From: Balanoglossus misakiensis
Lineage: Eukaryota > Animalia > Hemichordata
Length of the DNA stretch: 64,000 nt
Assembly (NCBI GenBank): GCA_040954595.2
Contig: CM082594.2
Location: forward strand, 11,226,276-11,290,275
Reading direction: 5' to 3'
Below, one piece after another: positions 24,301 through 38,100 of this stretch. The position numbers were made by a program, and so were the translations under genes. The notes below the pieces were generated by a model. The model was given only the letters and a program-made list of their open reading frames with translations, was not told the DNA's origin and searched no databases. The first letter of the stretch is position 1. Each line of letters begins with the position of its first letter.

Positions 24301-27300
24301 TTAATTTGGAGTGCTAACTCATATCATGAAACGCCGCTGGAAACCATGGAGATCGAACTACTGAGTTGAACGAAGAGAAAAAATATGTAAATTCACATAA
24401 GATGTTCACCAAGCCATCGTCAAATGTCTCGATTGCCAGTTTCCTAATAAGGTTGAAAATTAACTAGGTGTATGTTACGTCAGTTTGATTAATACCCCGA
24501 CCAAACAATTGCAACGATCTGTCATCATTTTCGTCTAACACATGAGTTAAAGAGACAGTCTCCCACTGTTTCTATAATTTTGAATATTTCAGCTTCTCTT
24601 GATGTATTGCTTATGTTGGTCTGTTTACTGAAATGTGCTCATTGACTGATTGTCAAAACTCAACTCACACTCCTGTGCATGGACACAATTAACATGCGAA
24701 CGCTTCTATCAGTATATTAATTATTGTTGGTAGCCAAGTTGCATCACACTAGTTAACAGATGTGAGTCGTGTTGTAATAACCAGTGACTGAGCATGCGAC
24801 AATGAGTGAATTAAACAACATCAATAATTTATCAAGAGAAACTAAACCAACCAAAATAAAGTCAAAAGTGAGCGACATTCTCCCTTTAAATCACAAGCTT
24901 GCATTTGATTCCAAACAAAATCAATCATCACGGTTCCAAACATTTTTGACTGAAACAGTCTAAGCTACTCCAAGGCCGTGACTTGAACAGAACATATTAC
25001 CAACATTCAGAAAAGCGATGCTTCATGTACTATAAAAAGTCACGGATACTCTCTCATGTATATCTGCTGGAGTGTTCCATGTTTGAATACATTCTAGGAG
25101 TGCTTGTTCTGTACGATCTGTATCAAAAGTACACCCAAGGGGTTAAACAAGAATACAAAAAGATGGCAATCAGAGGGAATCTCTTTTGCCTTCAAATGAC
25201 ACAAAATAAGCAGTTTTGAATGAACGCTGTGTATTTGCATGAAGCCGTGCTTCACCAGAAGACCTGGCAGTAACAAGAGACTACGCTTGGAGGAATGTTT
25301 TTTCCACAATCCCATCGCGCTCAAACACACACAATGGAAGCCTGCATGGCCATAGCATTTGCCAACACAGTCTCATTTGCTTTTGGGACGCCATTATTAT
25401 TATAAATAAAATGTCATGAGTTGGTATCATTCCCATCTGTATTCTTTCACTATTTATCCACGGGCAAGGATTAATTGTTCAAAACAACTGCGGTCACGAA
25501 ACGTCGGTGACATCACATTATGCACCAACTACCGTACTTCTAGCTTCAAAATAGTGAGTTGGTTTCAATTCAAACACTTGACATTTTGTCCTTCAGACGC
25601 ATAAAACGCACGATCTGTTGTACAAAAAATTGTTGATAATCGTTGCGTGAAAGGACGTATTTGCAGTTCTTTCGGATGATTTATTGATACGTCATAAGTT
25701 ATTAGAATCAGATTTGACCGTATGAACGACTCCACAAAAAGCGAGGAATGGACGCGACACAGTAAAAAGACAAATCAGCTAATTTTGTACCACAAACTTC
25801 AATGAGTTTATGTTATTGTCAATGTATTATAGCTTTATTTTCAAAGCAAAGGTAAACGACCGCCCCTTTCACGTGTCTTTGTCAAATTCGTGATATTATG
25901 TCGCTTGCTCAAGGAATAGTGAACGCCCCATTGGCTAGTAAAGTTGACCGTGACCTTTGTGAAATTTCTTTGTCGAATATTAAAATTTAAACTTGGATTT
26001 CAGTTGTGAGTCTAACAGTGGGAATGATGCATGTGTTGGTAGTGGTTCTATCGCATATAATGGAAGCCACAGATGTGGGATATAGGCCGATTGGAGTTTT
26101 ATCTTCTTTGGGGATAAACGACGGGTGGATGAATCGGAAATTATCCCAGAATCGGAATGTTTCCGAATTTTAACTAATTCCAATGCTTAACGTTTAACCG
26201 TGAGAACGTAGAAAACCATGCAAAGGAAGCAGATGTGAACTTCGTTCACTGGGATTTGTGTGTCAAATTCTGAACACAACAAACGAGGCATGTTCACTTT
26301 TCATCGGCTACAACCGGGCAGAGTTTGCGGTGATATCTATATGCTGTCTAGTTGAACATCTGCTTGGAATATACAAAACCTTCTTATGCCAATATTCTTG
26401 TTATTACTATTTAGGTTGTACTTAATAATAACAAATTTTTGCCTTCTCTCAGTCTTCTCATGCACTATGGACTGGAACGAAAACACAGATCAGCTGACTC
26501 TATAGAAATGAACACAAGAGGGAAAACATTCTTCCGAAATGAAATGTATCAGTGGAAATCGGCATTGCGGTAGTTAACCGCGCAGCGCTGTTGAAATGTC
26601 TTGAAGCGCAACCATTCACAACAAATTGAATAAGGTATTGCAACGCTAAGTACCGTACGCACTACAATGCAATTATTGGTACTATTACTTATGTGATTTG
26701 CTAGCCTAACTAAGGTAACCGCATTTTAAACAAATGATTACTTCGGAGACAAAACGAGGCACACAAGACGAAACTTCTAGGAGTTTTCAATTAGCGTACT
26801 CGAATACCTATAGATAAGACTTGAAATGAATACGGCGGTTAAACTCCCCTCCGTTATCAGCTGGAGATTCGTCATCAGTAATTCTTTGGCCGGGTACGGT
26901 GTTTGTTTTGGCCGCTTACGTCATGCAATCAAACCTACACAAATTTGATTGTTCCGTCGCTTAATACGATTCTTGTGAGGAAGAGACGAGTTGTCTGAGC
27001 GCTCAGCCTCTAGAGTATACAACTCATCATTTCACTTGACAATTAAAGACCTTTTATATTTCGTCTCCGCCGAAATATCAACAGGGAGAGGAAGATCGTG
27101 GACTTATCTGGAAGAAAAATCAAGCAATCGACTCCGCCAAATCGCACAAATTAGACCGTAAACGTTTTAACCTGTGTTAAAAACATCCTCATAGGCGATG
27201 TTCTGTGACAAATGTGTTCCGAGTAGAGCATATTGGAATACTTGGAACAACAAGAAAAAACCCAATTGTGCCATTATTCATGTGAAAAGTGATTAGACAT

Positions 27301-28084
27301 ATTGTTATATACAGACGGCATAAATCATAGACACTTTGGTTAGTTGGACGCGTCACATTAAGGTGGTTGGTGGCATCTACCAGCAGGCGTCATCACTGTA
27401 CATTAGAGGGAGTAATTATTTGTATATTGGCGCAATATTTATATCAATTAAGAATATTACTCGCTAGCGGCGCGGAAAATATAACCAATTCAACTCACAC
27501 CACTCTCTAATTAATTCAGTATTAAATATACGGCGATTTTGAGCCCTTTGAAGGAGAGTGCGACGTTTTCACGATTTTTCACGCGCCATTACTTTTTGCA
27601 ATTATTTTATAGTCGCGCCATGCGGATATCTCAAAAAGTCAAACACCGACGCACAAACATCAGAAGTAACATTAAAATATTCAAACGTCATCCAAAAATG
27701 GCATTTAGCAGAGTCACGAATTTTCATCACGAATTCCCCTGTAACAATAATCGTCAGATATATACGCAAATATTTTATTGAAATTTTTATTTTAAGAAAT
27801 GTTTAACGGCATGACTCCACTTTGCAGGCGGGAAACGACTCGGATGCAACCATTGCAAAATTAGGGGTGTTCTTCATGACATTGTCTTTCTCACTGTCTC
27901 TCAGGTGCACAGTGAAATAAAATAGGCTGAAATCACCAATTACTCTTGTCAAACTTTTTTTTCTGTTTCACTTCTGAACGACTCTCTTCGGAATCTTTGA
28001 AAATGAAACCTCGTGGTCGTTACCGTCACGCGCATTTGTCAAAAAATTATCTCGCCATTAAGGAAAGGCATTAGGTCTTACTCC

Positions 28085-28201
28085 TGCGTCACATTGGTGA
28101 ACCGATTTGAATATAATGACCTAATGAGCTGAAATGGACCAACCCCGCGTATCTTCCCTGGAATCGTTAATTTATCGATCTTCTCTCCCCACCTTATAAA
28201 A
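28085..28201 (+). promoter_or_regulatory. Putative promoter of gene B
   Basis: CRE/AP-1-like TGCGTCA at 28085-28091; inverted CCAAT (ATTGG) at 28093-28097; canonical TATAAAA at 28195-28201. Confidence 0.6.
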
Positions 28202-28224
28202 GTCGGAATTCCGCGCCAGTACAG

Positions 28225-28350
28225 GAGTTGAGGGAAACATCACGCTGCAGGACCCCGCGAAAGATAGCATCGTAACGGTCACGCCAACTTCGCCGATCAT
28301 CTTTGTTCAAAGACTAAAACTGAGTTGACAGAGAGATAGCTGGGAGACAG
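28225..28350 (+). other. Gene B probable non-coding first exon (5' UTR); start approximate
   Basis: Begins about 25-30 nt after TATAAAA, contains no ATG, and ends at a strong donor CAG|GTGAGC (28351). The matching acceptor is ttttcttctacag| at 31799. Confidence 0.6.
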
Positions 28351-31300
28351 GTGAGCTACACAATCATTGTTAACTTATTTTACATTCGGTACAGCATATA
28401 TCCAAACTTATGTTATAAAGGCTCCATTCAATCTATTGATGTCTTCCTTTTTAAAAACATTTATTGTTCTGGTGCAGTCATCTTGTACTTAACTAGGGCG
28501 TCTTTCAAAATCTACAAATCAACTTTCGTGTGTTTGTTTTTCAATCGCATTTCGCGACAAATTCGAATCAGCTAAATTGAACAGAAACACATCAAGAACG
28601 CGAATGCATCTTACAATCATTAACTGTTTGTAAAAACTGGTACGTTTTAAAAAGAGTTAGAAAGGATTAACTTTAAAAGATTTCATCTTAGCCGTCTTTC
28701 AAGACCTAGTCTGCAAACTCGTCTAAATGTTCCAGGTCTGCCTTTTGAATGGGTTATCCATCAGACAATTGTAATACCCTACTGAGCCGCAGAACTACCA
28801 GTAGAATGTAGTCGCGAATGAAGATGAATAGAAATTACAGAATAGACATACAAATATAACTAACTTGAATACATGTTAACTTCAAAGTTTACACACACGC
28901 AGAAGTAGGATACAAGTCAACATGAGTTTTTTGATCATCGGAGCAAATATATTTAAAAGGAAAAGGTTACGCGACACTTCTGTCTGAGTGAACGTTTTGA
29001 GAACATTTCCTTTCATGCTGTGTAATTCGCCAACAGCTATGCGGATAGATTTCATGTGTATAAAGGTTCAAACAGCCTAAGCGTGTCTAAGGAGTCGTCT
29101 TACAGTTTGCGTTTCACGTCATGTATTACGTGGCCCGTGAGTTTTTATATGGGCTTCGAACACTCAGACAAATTGCCGTCTAAAATTACAAGGAGAGAAG
29201 TAACTGACAGCGCCTTTACTGTAAAAAAAACTATAGTAAGGTTACAACAGTGACTTGGTTCTTGTTCAATCTCCACAGACTTCAACAGCTTTCAAGATAA
29301 ACCGTACACAGGCTAGTCATTGTCGTGAATCAGATGTTCGGTTGAATCTGTTTGTAATAGCTATAGGCCTCGTTTCAGCAGTTTGCCGGTTTTCTGTAAG
29401 GTGTTATTTTATGTTACCAAAGTTATTGTATTCATTAATTGGCACGTTTAAAACAGACTCAGATCCAAGCATTAAAAACAATAAATTGAAATGTAATTTT
29501 CCTGTGAGCGAAAACTGAAGACCATAAATCTCTCCTATACTGCAATTGAAAGATGTTTTACGACTGCGGATATACGCAATATCAAGTTTGATGGTGCAAA
29601 CGTTTATGGGCCTCTGTATACTGATCGCATAGAAAAGCTCTGTGATAGCTATATTCTGGTGCGTGACTCCAATCTGATGTTTAATGATTGTATCTGATTT
29701 TCAATATTAATTCAGATGGGAACTTGGAAGACACTATGTCAAACGGATTGTCGTCAGAGTACTTAATTTTTCTGGAAATGATGTGCCATGAATTGGTTAC
29801 TAAGTCTCATTATTATTTCGGTGTGTGCTTGGTACAATGCAGAGCGAGGCGATTTTCCACTTGAAGAATTTCATTAATAGTCCAACAGTTCTCATAAACC
29901 TATTCCATATGGAATGACCTTTTGAGGTAAACGTGTTTTCTTGGAAATTCGTGCGAGTCAAATGTCGTTGTATTTACTTTTAAATCTGATAGAGTCTAAC
30001 GTGTGCATTCTGATTATTTCTTTCATTCCGGAATCTGCAAGAAGTCCGAGATACGTGTTTTCCTGAAAACCGCGCGCTCCGCTTAGCTCTACTTTAAACT
30101 AGTTGTTGTATCATCCTTTCAAACTTTTGAGACAATTTACTATTCCTGTCACGAATTCTGCCATTGAATTCGATTTCCACGTTATAACGTCGTCAAATTC
30201 TTGCGGCCAAATGGTGTCTGACAATCAATCGAGATGCCAGGGCAGGTTTTCATGATCGGTGCAAGGGAAACTTGTACACATAGAGAATTCGATGCTTCAA
30301 ACCATGTTCTTTAATCACAGTGCACTGAAATATTCATATGAAGTGACAACTACTTTTAGTGATGAATTCATCTCGTTTACGAAGTGTGATTAAAATAGTG
30401 TTATAGCACTCACTCTTCTTTTCTTCATATGTTTGCAAGCAAAATATCATTAATGAAGAACCTGATTTGATGAAATGACATGGATGTTCCATTCGATTAA
30501 CATATCTTATTTTGTACTTGGGCAACTTTGGACACAGCGTAATTCAAGTTTCTGATTCCATAACAAGTAAACCATGTTGCTGTACTTCAACACTGAAAAA
30601 TGAACGACAATGAAACGCGCCTGAAAAAAAAGGGAAAACCAACCAGTATTGTTATAGTTTCTTTAAACACCGAGTTGCTCTAATGAATTGCTCATTTAAC
30701 TCCATCTGGTTGTCTGTAACATAAAGCCTTTGCAGCGTGCATGAATTCTAACTAATAATAAAATCAATAATGAAGGAATTCAGTACATTGATGTCGAAGT
30801 TGACATTACGACATACGAACTTTACAGCACAACTGATCATGACCTCCGTTATAACTTAATCACAGAAGCGTGTTTTAATTCCCAACGTTATTAATGTTCG
30901 AACACAGTCGTTTGAACTCTATACCGAGGTAATCGGCGCCCTGCTGTATGAACTGTCACTCTTAGAAAATACAGTTTGCTCAGATCTTGAAAGGGGACAT
31001 CTCCTGCCTGCTTTAGCGCCCACACGCACGCGATTATAAATCAAAAATGATGAAACGCCGTTTTAATCACGACGACATGCTGAGTGAGGTCTTTAACGCA
31101 AATCTACCACAAGATGTGTACTTTTTGTAGTGTCAATTTGTTATGAGTGAACGGTTTAAGCAGAACCACAGCAACATGACAGTTGGAATGTAAAATGTCC
31201 TGGTACCAGAAAGAAATATAGTTGTCTAATCAAAATCGGGATAAGCAATCCTTACATAGACAGCCAACTCGGTCTTTTTATTGTGTAGGAAGGGGAGTAG

Positions 31301-31849
31301 CGTTAAAACACAGCTCATCAAGGACAGATTGTTTGCACAGTCCAAGCAAGTGCTTTCAAGATCTTAATGGCAATTCCGGCTTTTAACGCAAAATTACTTC
31401 CTCAATTCTGGAGTATGTGAGGGTGTAGTTTTTCACGCGCACTCACGGCAACCAGCGCTTTGCAGAACTCAATCCTTATTTGTCCATTATGCTCATTATC
31501 TTTCCAATGTGAGAAAAAATGATTTTTATTTTTCTCTGATGTGCAAGAAATGGTTAATGTTACCGAGACCACTTTGCAGCAACTAAATGCGGCATCTATC
31601 AATACTTGTCAGATAGTACCTTCATGTACTCACCATCATATGGGTCAAATATATCACAAGTGTATGTTAAAATATACTTCTGTGATTTCTAGGTGTATAA
31701 AAGGAGGTTACATTGTATAGATGCATATTTGAAGGGTTTCCAACTGGAAATCCTGCATGTAAATGGTGATACCTGATATTCTACGCTTTTCTTCTACAGC
31801 TTAAACAACAGCATTTTATACCTTAAGACACACAAACTCCTTGCTCAAG

Positions 31850-32122
31850 ATGCGCCAAGTAACAATGCTTCTGGCCGGCTTCTTTGCCGTGTGCCTGCTC
31901 GTACAGACCGTGAGTGGAACTGCAGCCAGGTCGGGGAAACTCCATTCATACCAGAACTCTGGATTCAGTATGTTCGGCAAGAGGACCCCAGATTACCCAG
32001 CTCCAGCGATGGAGATTGAAGAGCTGCTCACAAGATCTATTGGAAACCTCTTAAGCCTCAAGAAACTCTTCGACGACGTTATAAATGCAAACAGCATGCC
32101 AGAAAAAGATATTCAAGAATAA
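31850..32122 (+). CDS. Gene B: amidated neuropeptide precursor (SALMFamide/kisspeptin-like), 90 aa, single coding exon 31800-32127
   Basis: True ATG is at 31850 (CAAGATGC); the ORF track starts at an upstream TTG. MRQVTMLLAGFFAVCLLVQTVSG (signal) | TAARSGKLHSYQNSGFSMF-G-KR | acidic C-terminal pro-peptide TPDYPAPAMEIEELLTRSIGNLLSLKKLFDDVINANSMPEKDIQE. Flanked by an acceptor at 31798-99 and donor AAG|GTATTG at 32128. Confidence 0.92.
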   Translation: MRQVTMLLAGFFAVCLLVQTVSGTAARSGKLHSYQNSGFSMFGKRTPDYPAPAMEIEELLTRSIGNLLSLKKLFDDVINANSMPEKDIQE

Positions 32123-34771
32123 AAAAGGTATTGTTTGTACGAATGCATGCTCTATAATCAGAAATTAAGACTTCAAAAATAATGTCTGTCTATCTCTTTG
32201 TCTGTCCATCCATATATCTGTATGTATGTATGCACCTACGTACGTATATGTACTAACCCGATTTTGTCCGAGCTGCACTGATCATTATGATCATCATCAC
32301 ATGTTTGTCACAAAGCATTAAAAGGGAAATTTAACAAAAGAAGACATATCGCTATATTTGAACCGTTGATTAAAGTTTGAATAATCATGTGTCAGGGGGA
32401 GATACAGAAACATCTTTATCACCAACGTGTGTTGACATATGTACATCGATGCACCTGGCCGCTCTAATTCTGTATAAACTATATTAAAGGGTACATAAGT
32501 GTGTTAAAAGTCGGGAAATAATCAATATTTGTCTGTGGCAACATTTGACATTTCCAGAGAAGGGCATGGTGTTGATTTGTGGAGGATATCGATTTTCTAG
32601 TCACTGTATATTTCACACAATATGAAGCTTATAAACACCACACTTCTTACAAAAACATCAATGGCTTCTACATTTAGAGATCTAAGGCAGCGTAGTCAGC
32701 AAAGACAGCAAATTCTCAAGCAGGATGTTAGTCAAAATGTGTTAGAAAAGTCGCTAGGAAATCTTTATTAGTACTACCCCAGAAAGAAGACAAGCTTCCT
32801 GTCAAACCACCTTAGTTTTTTTTTAGGAAAGAAGCTTTGTCTGTGTGCTGATAGTTAGCCTGAAAAAAAAATGTTCTCTGTCAAAATTTTTGAATTGCCA
32901 CCAAAATGTCATGGTAACACGTAAAAGCCACAAAATGTGTTATTTTAACGTTCACAGACGTAACAAGCTGACGAACTCGATGATCTTCATTGAAATTAAA
33001 TTGTCATCCCTCAAAGAGAGATACACTTGGGAATGGTTCGTGGGAGTGCATTAGTGAACCATAGCATTGTCATGTATTAAACGGTTCATGACATGGCGAA
33101 ACACTGTGCAAAATATAAAATAGAAAAACCGCATTTGCCAAATTATCAACGGTCTGTCAGCGGCATAATTGCAGCCTTTCCTCCTGACTACCGCAACGAC
33201 GAACAACTTCACTGGTAAAATTCAGTCGATTCAAACACTGACAGTGCTTCAAATTACACTTCCATCATTCTCGCGTTAATGCCAACAGTAAATAAACGCT
33301 CCGCATCAATTTGTCAAACGTAATTCAATTGTCACATGTTCAATGAAGTGAGAACAGTCACAGATGGCGAATTTCCTGTCTTCAAATGTATTTCCAAGCA
33401 GTGAAAACACCTTCTATAATCTTCATTTCAAGCATCAATTAACAATCAGTTTAAAGTGCGACTCACAAAATTGATGTCCGGATTAACTCGCAATATTTAC
33501 CTTAGCTTTACCCACCTTTTGTGACATCATGAATGCGTCATTTTCCAGCAAACAATTTTGTCAAATATATAGATTTGATTTTAATCTTTCCATTTTACAA
33601 ATGACTGGAGGGGACTGGTTCACACGGAATTTCTGAAAGCCCACAGTTGTAAGATCTAGTCTAGACAAATTAATTCCCTCACTTCAACTATATTTTGATG
33701 AATTTGAGAACGTGAGCACAAGGGGTTACAGACAACCCAAATATCCCTTCACTATTATAACATGAACCAGCGGGATCAGAACTGAATATTTATAAACCAA
33801 CAGAACCTGTGCTTCATATGCTAGATATTATAGGTGTCTCACAAAGGTGTGCAAAAACTGACGTTTTAAATATTTAATGTTGATACATTAAGCACGGTAA
33901 CGTGACTACATGTCAAACAAAGTTTTGCAAATATCACAAACCAATGTATAATACGAATGTAAGGAAGGACTCTTCTATGCTATTTTCATCATTCTATTGT
34001 ACTTGCTTGAATTTCTTGTATTTGCTATATGCCATTGAAAAGAGATGTTCGTCTTTGAGGTGCCGACTGCACGCGCGTTCTTCACTGCCAGCGGAAGAAT
34101 TAGTCGTCAGGGCGAAATAAGTGAAGCCAATCTGCACGAAACTTTTTGGATCTTTCAGCGAGCGTGGTATTTTGAGCTTACTTGGGGAAAATCAAATGAC
34201 TATCCGGGAGTAAAAGACTCTAAAACTCTTCTAATTTTAATTCCAAGCGAGGCCGAATACGTGAATTGTGGCTGTTTGAGACACCATTAGACTCCAACCA
34301 ATCGCCTTGTAGACTGCCGCAGCGGGCAGACGACACTATTAAACGGCATAGTGGGTACGGCGTTTTCAGATTGAAAAGTCTTGTAGTTAGCTTTGCCAAT
34401 AATAGCGAGGGTCCCCTGTGAAACAACTGCAAAGAAAGGTTGATATTAGCTGACGGCTACCTACGTGTGGTGAATGAAGACATATACGCAACTATCGATG
34501 ATGATTATTATCCAACAGTCTTCGATCACTGTTTCAGTATATCCTTATGGACAGACACACCACGAGTGAATAATTCTGGTCAACTTTGGTAATTCTTTCA
34601 TCACCTGTCTCTGTTTGCTTTACAAGGACATAGTCAGGAAGCCGGTGTTGACCAAAGAGTGACGTGAAAAGCCATTTCCACTGTCAGATATAAAGCACGA
34701 ATGTTCATGAATTTTTTTTCGTTTTAGTGAGAGAGCACCATCTGATTTTCCCTTCTTTTTTTTCTCTACAG

Positions 34772-35154
34772 ATAATTATCATCAGTGGTTTGCTGTTTCA
34801 CCAGATGTCTTTGTTTTGACTGCTGCATGCTGATCACCATATGCTAATCACTTCTTCGGTTTGATTACACCACAAGTCAATGGCAGCCCTCTCCTCTTGA
34901 CCAGAAGGTCACGGAAGGGTACATCGAATGGACCGTTCGCGGGAGACCTTTTCATTGTGTGATCACCGTATCATCACAACGACAGAGCACCAAGAATGAT
35001 AATACACAGTACAAAGGACTCCGCTTCACAATTGGAATACAGTTCATTTCTTTACCGACGCGAACACTTCATTTATCACATTTTTGTTGTTTTGTTCAAA
35101 TTGTAATTTTTCCACCTCTAGTGTACATTAGAGAATTTGGCTGTATACAATAAA
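34772..35154 (+). other. Gene B probable non-coding terminal (3' UTR) exon
   Basis: Very strong acceptor ttttcccttctttttttttctctacag| ending at 34771; AATAAA at 35149-35154. Confidence 0.6.
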
Positions 35155-38100
35155 TCCCTATGGCTTCATGTACATAAAATAAGCCACTGCGAGTGTTAAC
35201 TGTTAGTTGTTGATGTGTCATTGATTGCCCATGGGCATGCAACTGAGTTCAAGTAGAATGAATGTTTTCAAAAGTCGCCGGTTTGTCGGATGTGAGAGTC
35301 AAGCGACCTGAGCGACTCCTTCCAACTGTCGGGACAGTTTAAATCTGAAAGATAAGAGTAATGTTAGTGCTGTCTATTTTAAAAGTGGAAGACAACCTTA
35401 CACTTTATTCTCTAACACTTTCCAGTGGATCAGAGTTTGAAAAAATATTTGAGGCTGGAACTTTATGATATATTACTGAAACAGGGAGCATACTATTTTA
35501 AAATTCAAAATGGCCAATTGTTTTACCAACGATCATAGTACTTTCAGTCTTTTAAAAATTGCACTGTATCAGAAAAAAAATGGCTTCTAATTTGGCTTTG
35601 ATCACTCATTTTGTTCGTAAAGACTACAACTGTCTCCATTAACAACTTTGAGTCTATATCGGTGAAGCAATCTTGTAAACCAGAATATAATATTAGCTAT
35701 ACTAAAGATAAACAGAATTTCATCTCATAACAGTTAAAGGTATAATGGGAACGACTTTTGAGATAAAATCCGAGAGCGTGCTGAATCAGATACGCGCTTC
35801 TAGCGCACCGGCAGTGAATTTTTACGGCAACATTTGTCTCCAGTGCAATAAAAACCCAGTCTCTTTCAATTTGGAGCAAATTGCTAGAAACACCCAAAGC
35901 AGGCTGCTGGCGAACATTTGTCCGTAATTGCGGTTTTAAACGAAATCATGTAAACTTGATGTCTTCATTCTCGGAAAAGAGAACTTTTTATAGACTTGAG
36001 TTTATCCATGAAATATTTACGACCAGTTTACTGGCTCGAAGGAACGGTATTCTAAATTTCATCAATGATTAAATACACGGGGCGAGAATGTCTTTTCATT
36101 AAACGTTCCACAGAAGTGTATTTTATGGCAGAGATTAAGAGAAACATATTTGTTGATGATGTGTCATTAAACTGAGTTAAAACATCAATTGATGAACGTC
36201 ACAACATTTGCAGATTGAAATTTGGAATGAATTCAACTGGCTTTTATGAACATGCACATGTACTGGCACTGAACATAAAGGATCCTTCATCTCTGTTTCT
36301 TCACGTAAAAATATAATCACGCTACGAAGAGGAAAAACACAGAACGCGACAACACAAGTTATTTTGAAGGGTGTTGTCAAGGATTTGTCAATGTTCATTT
36401 GACATTTTAGATAAATCTTACTTAATCCGAGTTGGAGCAACGATCTGATAGATTGATGCCCACGGCTAAACGCAACACTGGAAAAGGCTGAGTGGATAAT
36501 TTATTTTTGGAAAGTACATTATTTAACGTTTTAGCGGGCTAATAATCTCACTCTATCACTCCAGGCATTAAACTTCTCCTACAAGAAATCACGCCTGCTA
36601 GGTGTAGTCTCTAGGTGACCTGAGGCCTGTTATGGTGAAGCACGTCGCTGAGGTTATTCGGAAAGCATAACGACAGAGATCTGACCTGCACAATCAATAT
36701 AACCTTTGCCCTGCTTAGGCTCACCCAACAACATCGTCGTGTCGATAAAGTTTAAACTGAACCGAGTAGATGACGATTTTTATCGACTTTTAAACCTGAG
36801 AAGTAACTGATTCTAACTATGTTCTATTTACGACAAGTCTTGCAAGACTGTAGAGGTTATAGCTACTCAATTTTGAAGTTATTTCTGGTAAAAAGCCACC
36901 GCTGCTTTACTTTCCGTGAAACGTTTTTCATCCCCTTTTCTACTGATTTCTCATCCTGGTTCTGTCTGTATCACTGACTAAAAAGAATCCATACTATCTA
37001 GTTATGTTAATATCACAACATCGATACCAATATTTCTTTGTTTGAATGTAAGATTTATGAGAAGCTATAGGTGATCAATCTATTTCCCGGAAGTGGTAAA
37101 TGCAAACATGCATCAAAGTCAACACCAGATATTCGTAATGGACGTGTCCCATGACAAGTGAAGAATTACTTCCTCAGTTACAGCTGAAACAGAAAGTGTT
37201 TCCGTTAACACAGCTTGTACTTGAAAGCGAATTGCCTGAAGACGTCCTTGCTTACTCATTCCCAGTGAATGAAAAAGACCTGAACTTAGTATGGAGCCCT
37301 TAGGAAACTCGTTAAATGAGTTTTCCAGATCCCTTGTGTATTTGAAACAAATAAGTAGAAAATAATACAACAGAAAAGGAAATGTTATTTCTGCCTTGTC
37401 GAAAACATCTCTGTCGAGGTTCTCCTTTGAATATCAGAAAGTCGCATTGTTTTCAAATGTTGTGTGTACTTTGTGTGTGTATACATGGACAGAGAAAACT
37501 GATCATTCCTACTCACTGTGGTATATATCGTAAGTGAACATACAAAAATGAATGTGTATTTGTGTTCGCATATTGGAAAGCTAACATGGAAAGTTAGAAT
37601 TCATTCAGCACTCACAAGAAATAGGCTTGATAAAGTTTTTTTTAACAACAGTGCCACAATATTCTTTACATATGTTGCAGAACTCAATAACGATTGAAAC
37701 AGATAATCCTGACCTGAAGGTTTGAAGCGACATGCCATGAACATCGTTGTTCGCGTTTATATCTGCTCCGCATTCGGGAGTCTTGCTGATTCATTTTATA
37801 ACGACATTTTAGGCCAATATTGTACAACGACATTTATAAGCCAATTTAAGGCAGCAGGATTTTCTCGTCAAAATATATTGCCAAGGATAAATTTACTGAG
37901 CAGTACGGCTGTCGTAAATGTGCTAAGAAATGGCGGCAAGGTGTAAATATGCGAACGTGAGCAAACCCGATTGGTGGCTCTCAGCTCACACTCTAAATAT
38001 AAAGTACATGCACGTTTGTTTGAAGAGAAAGAGAGAGCGAGAAAAATACTAAACACGAATACGTGTTAATAGCGAGGCGAGTCTTGAGCATACTGATTTG

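Noticed and set aside
26086-26190. Frame reading ADWSFIFFGDKRR..., reminiscent of an F-type SALMFamide
   Set aside because: Gly is followed by Asp so there is no amidation signal; an in-frame stop lies immediately upstream; there is no polypyrimidine acceptor or signal peptide.
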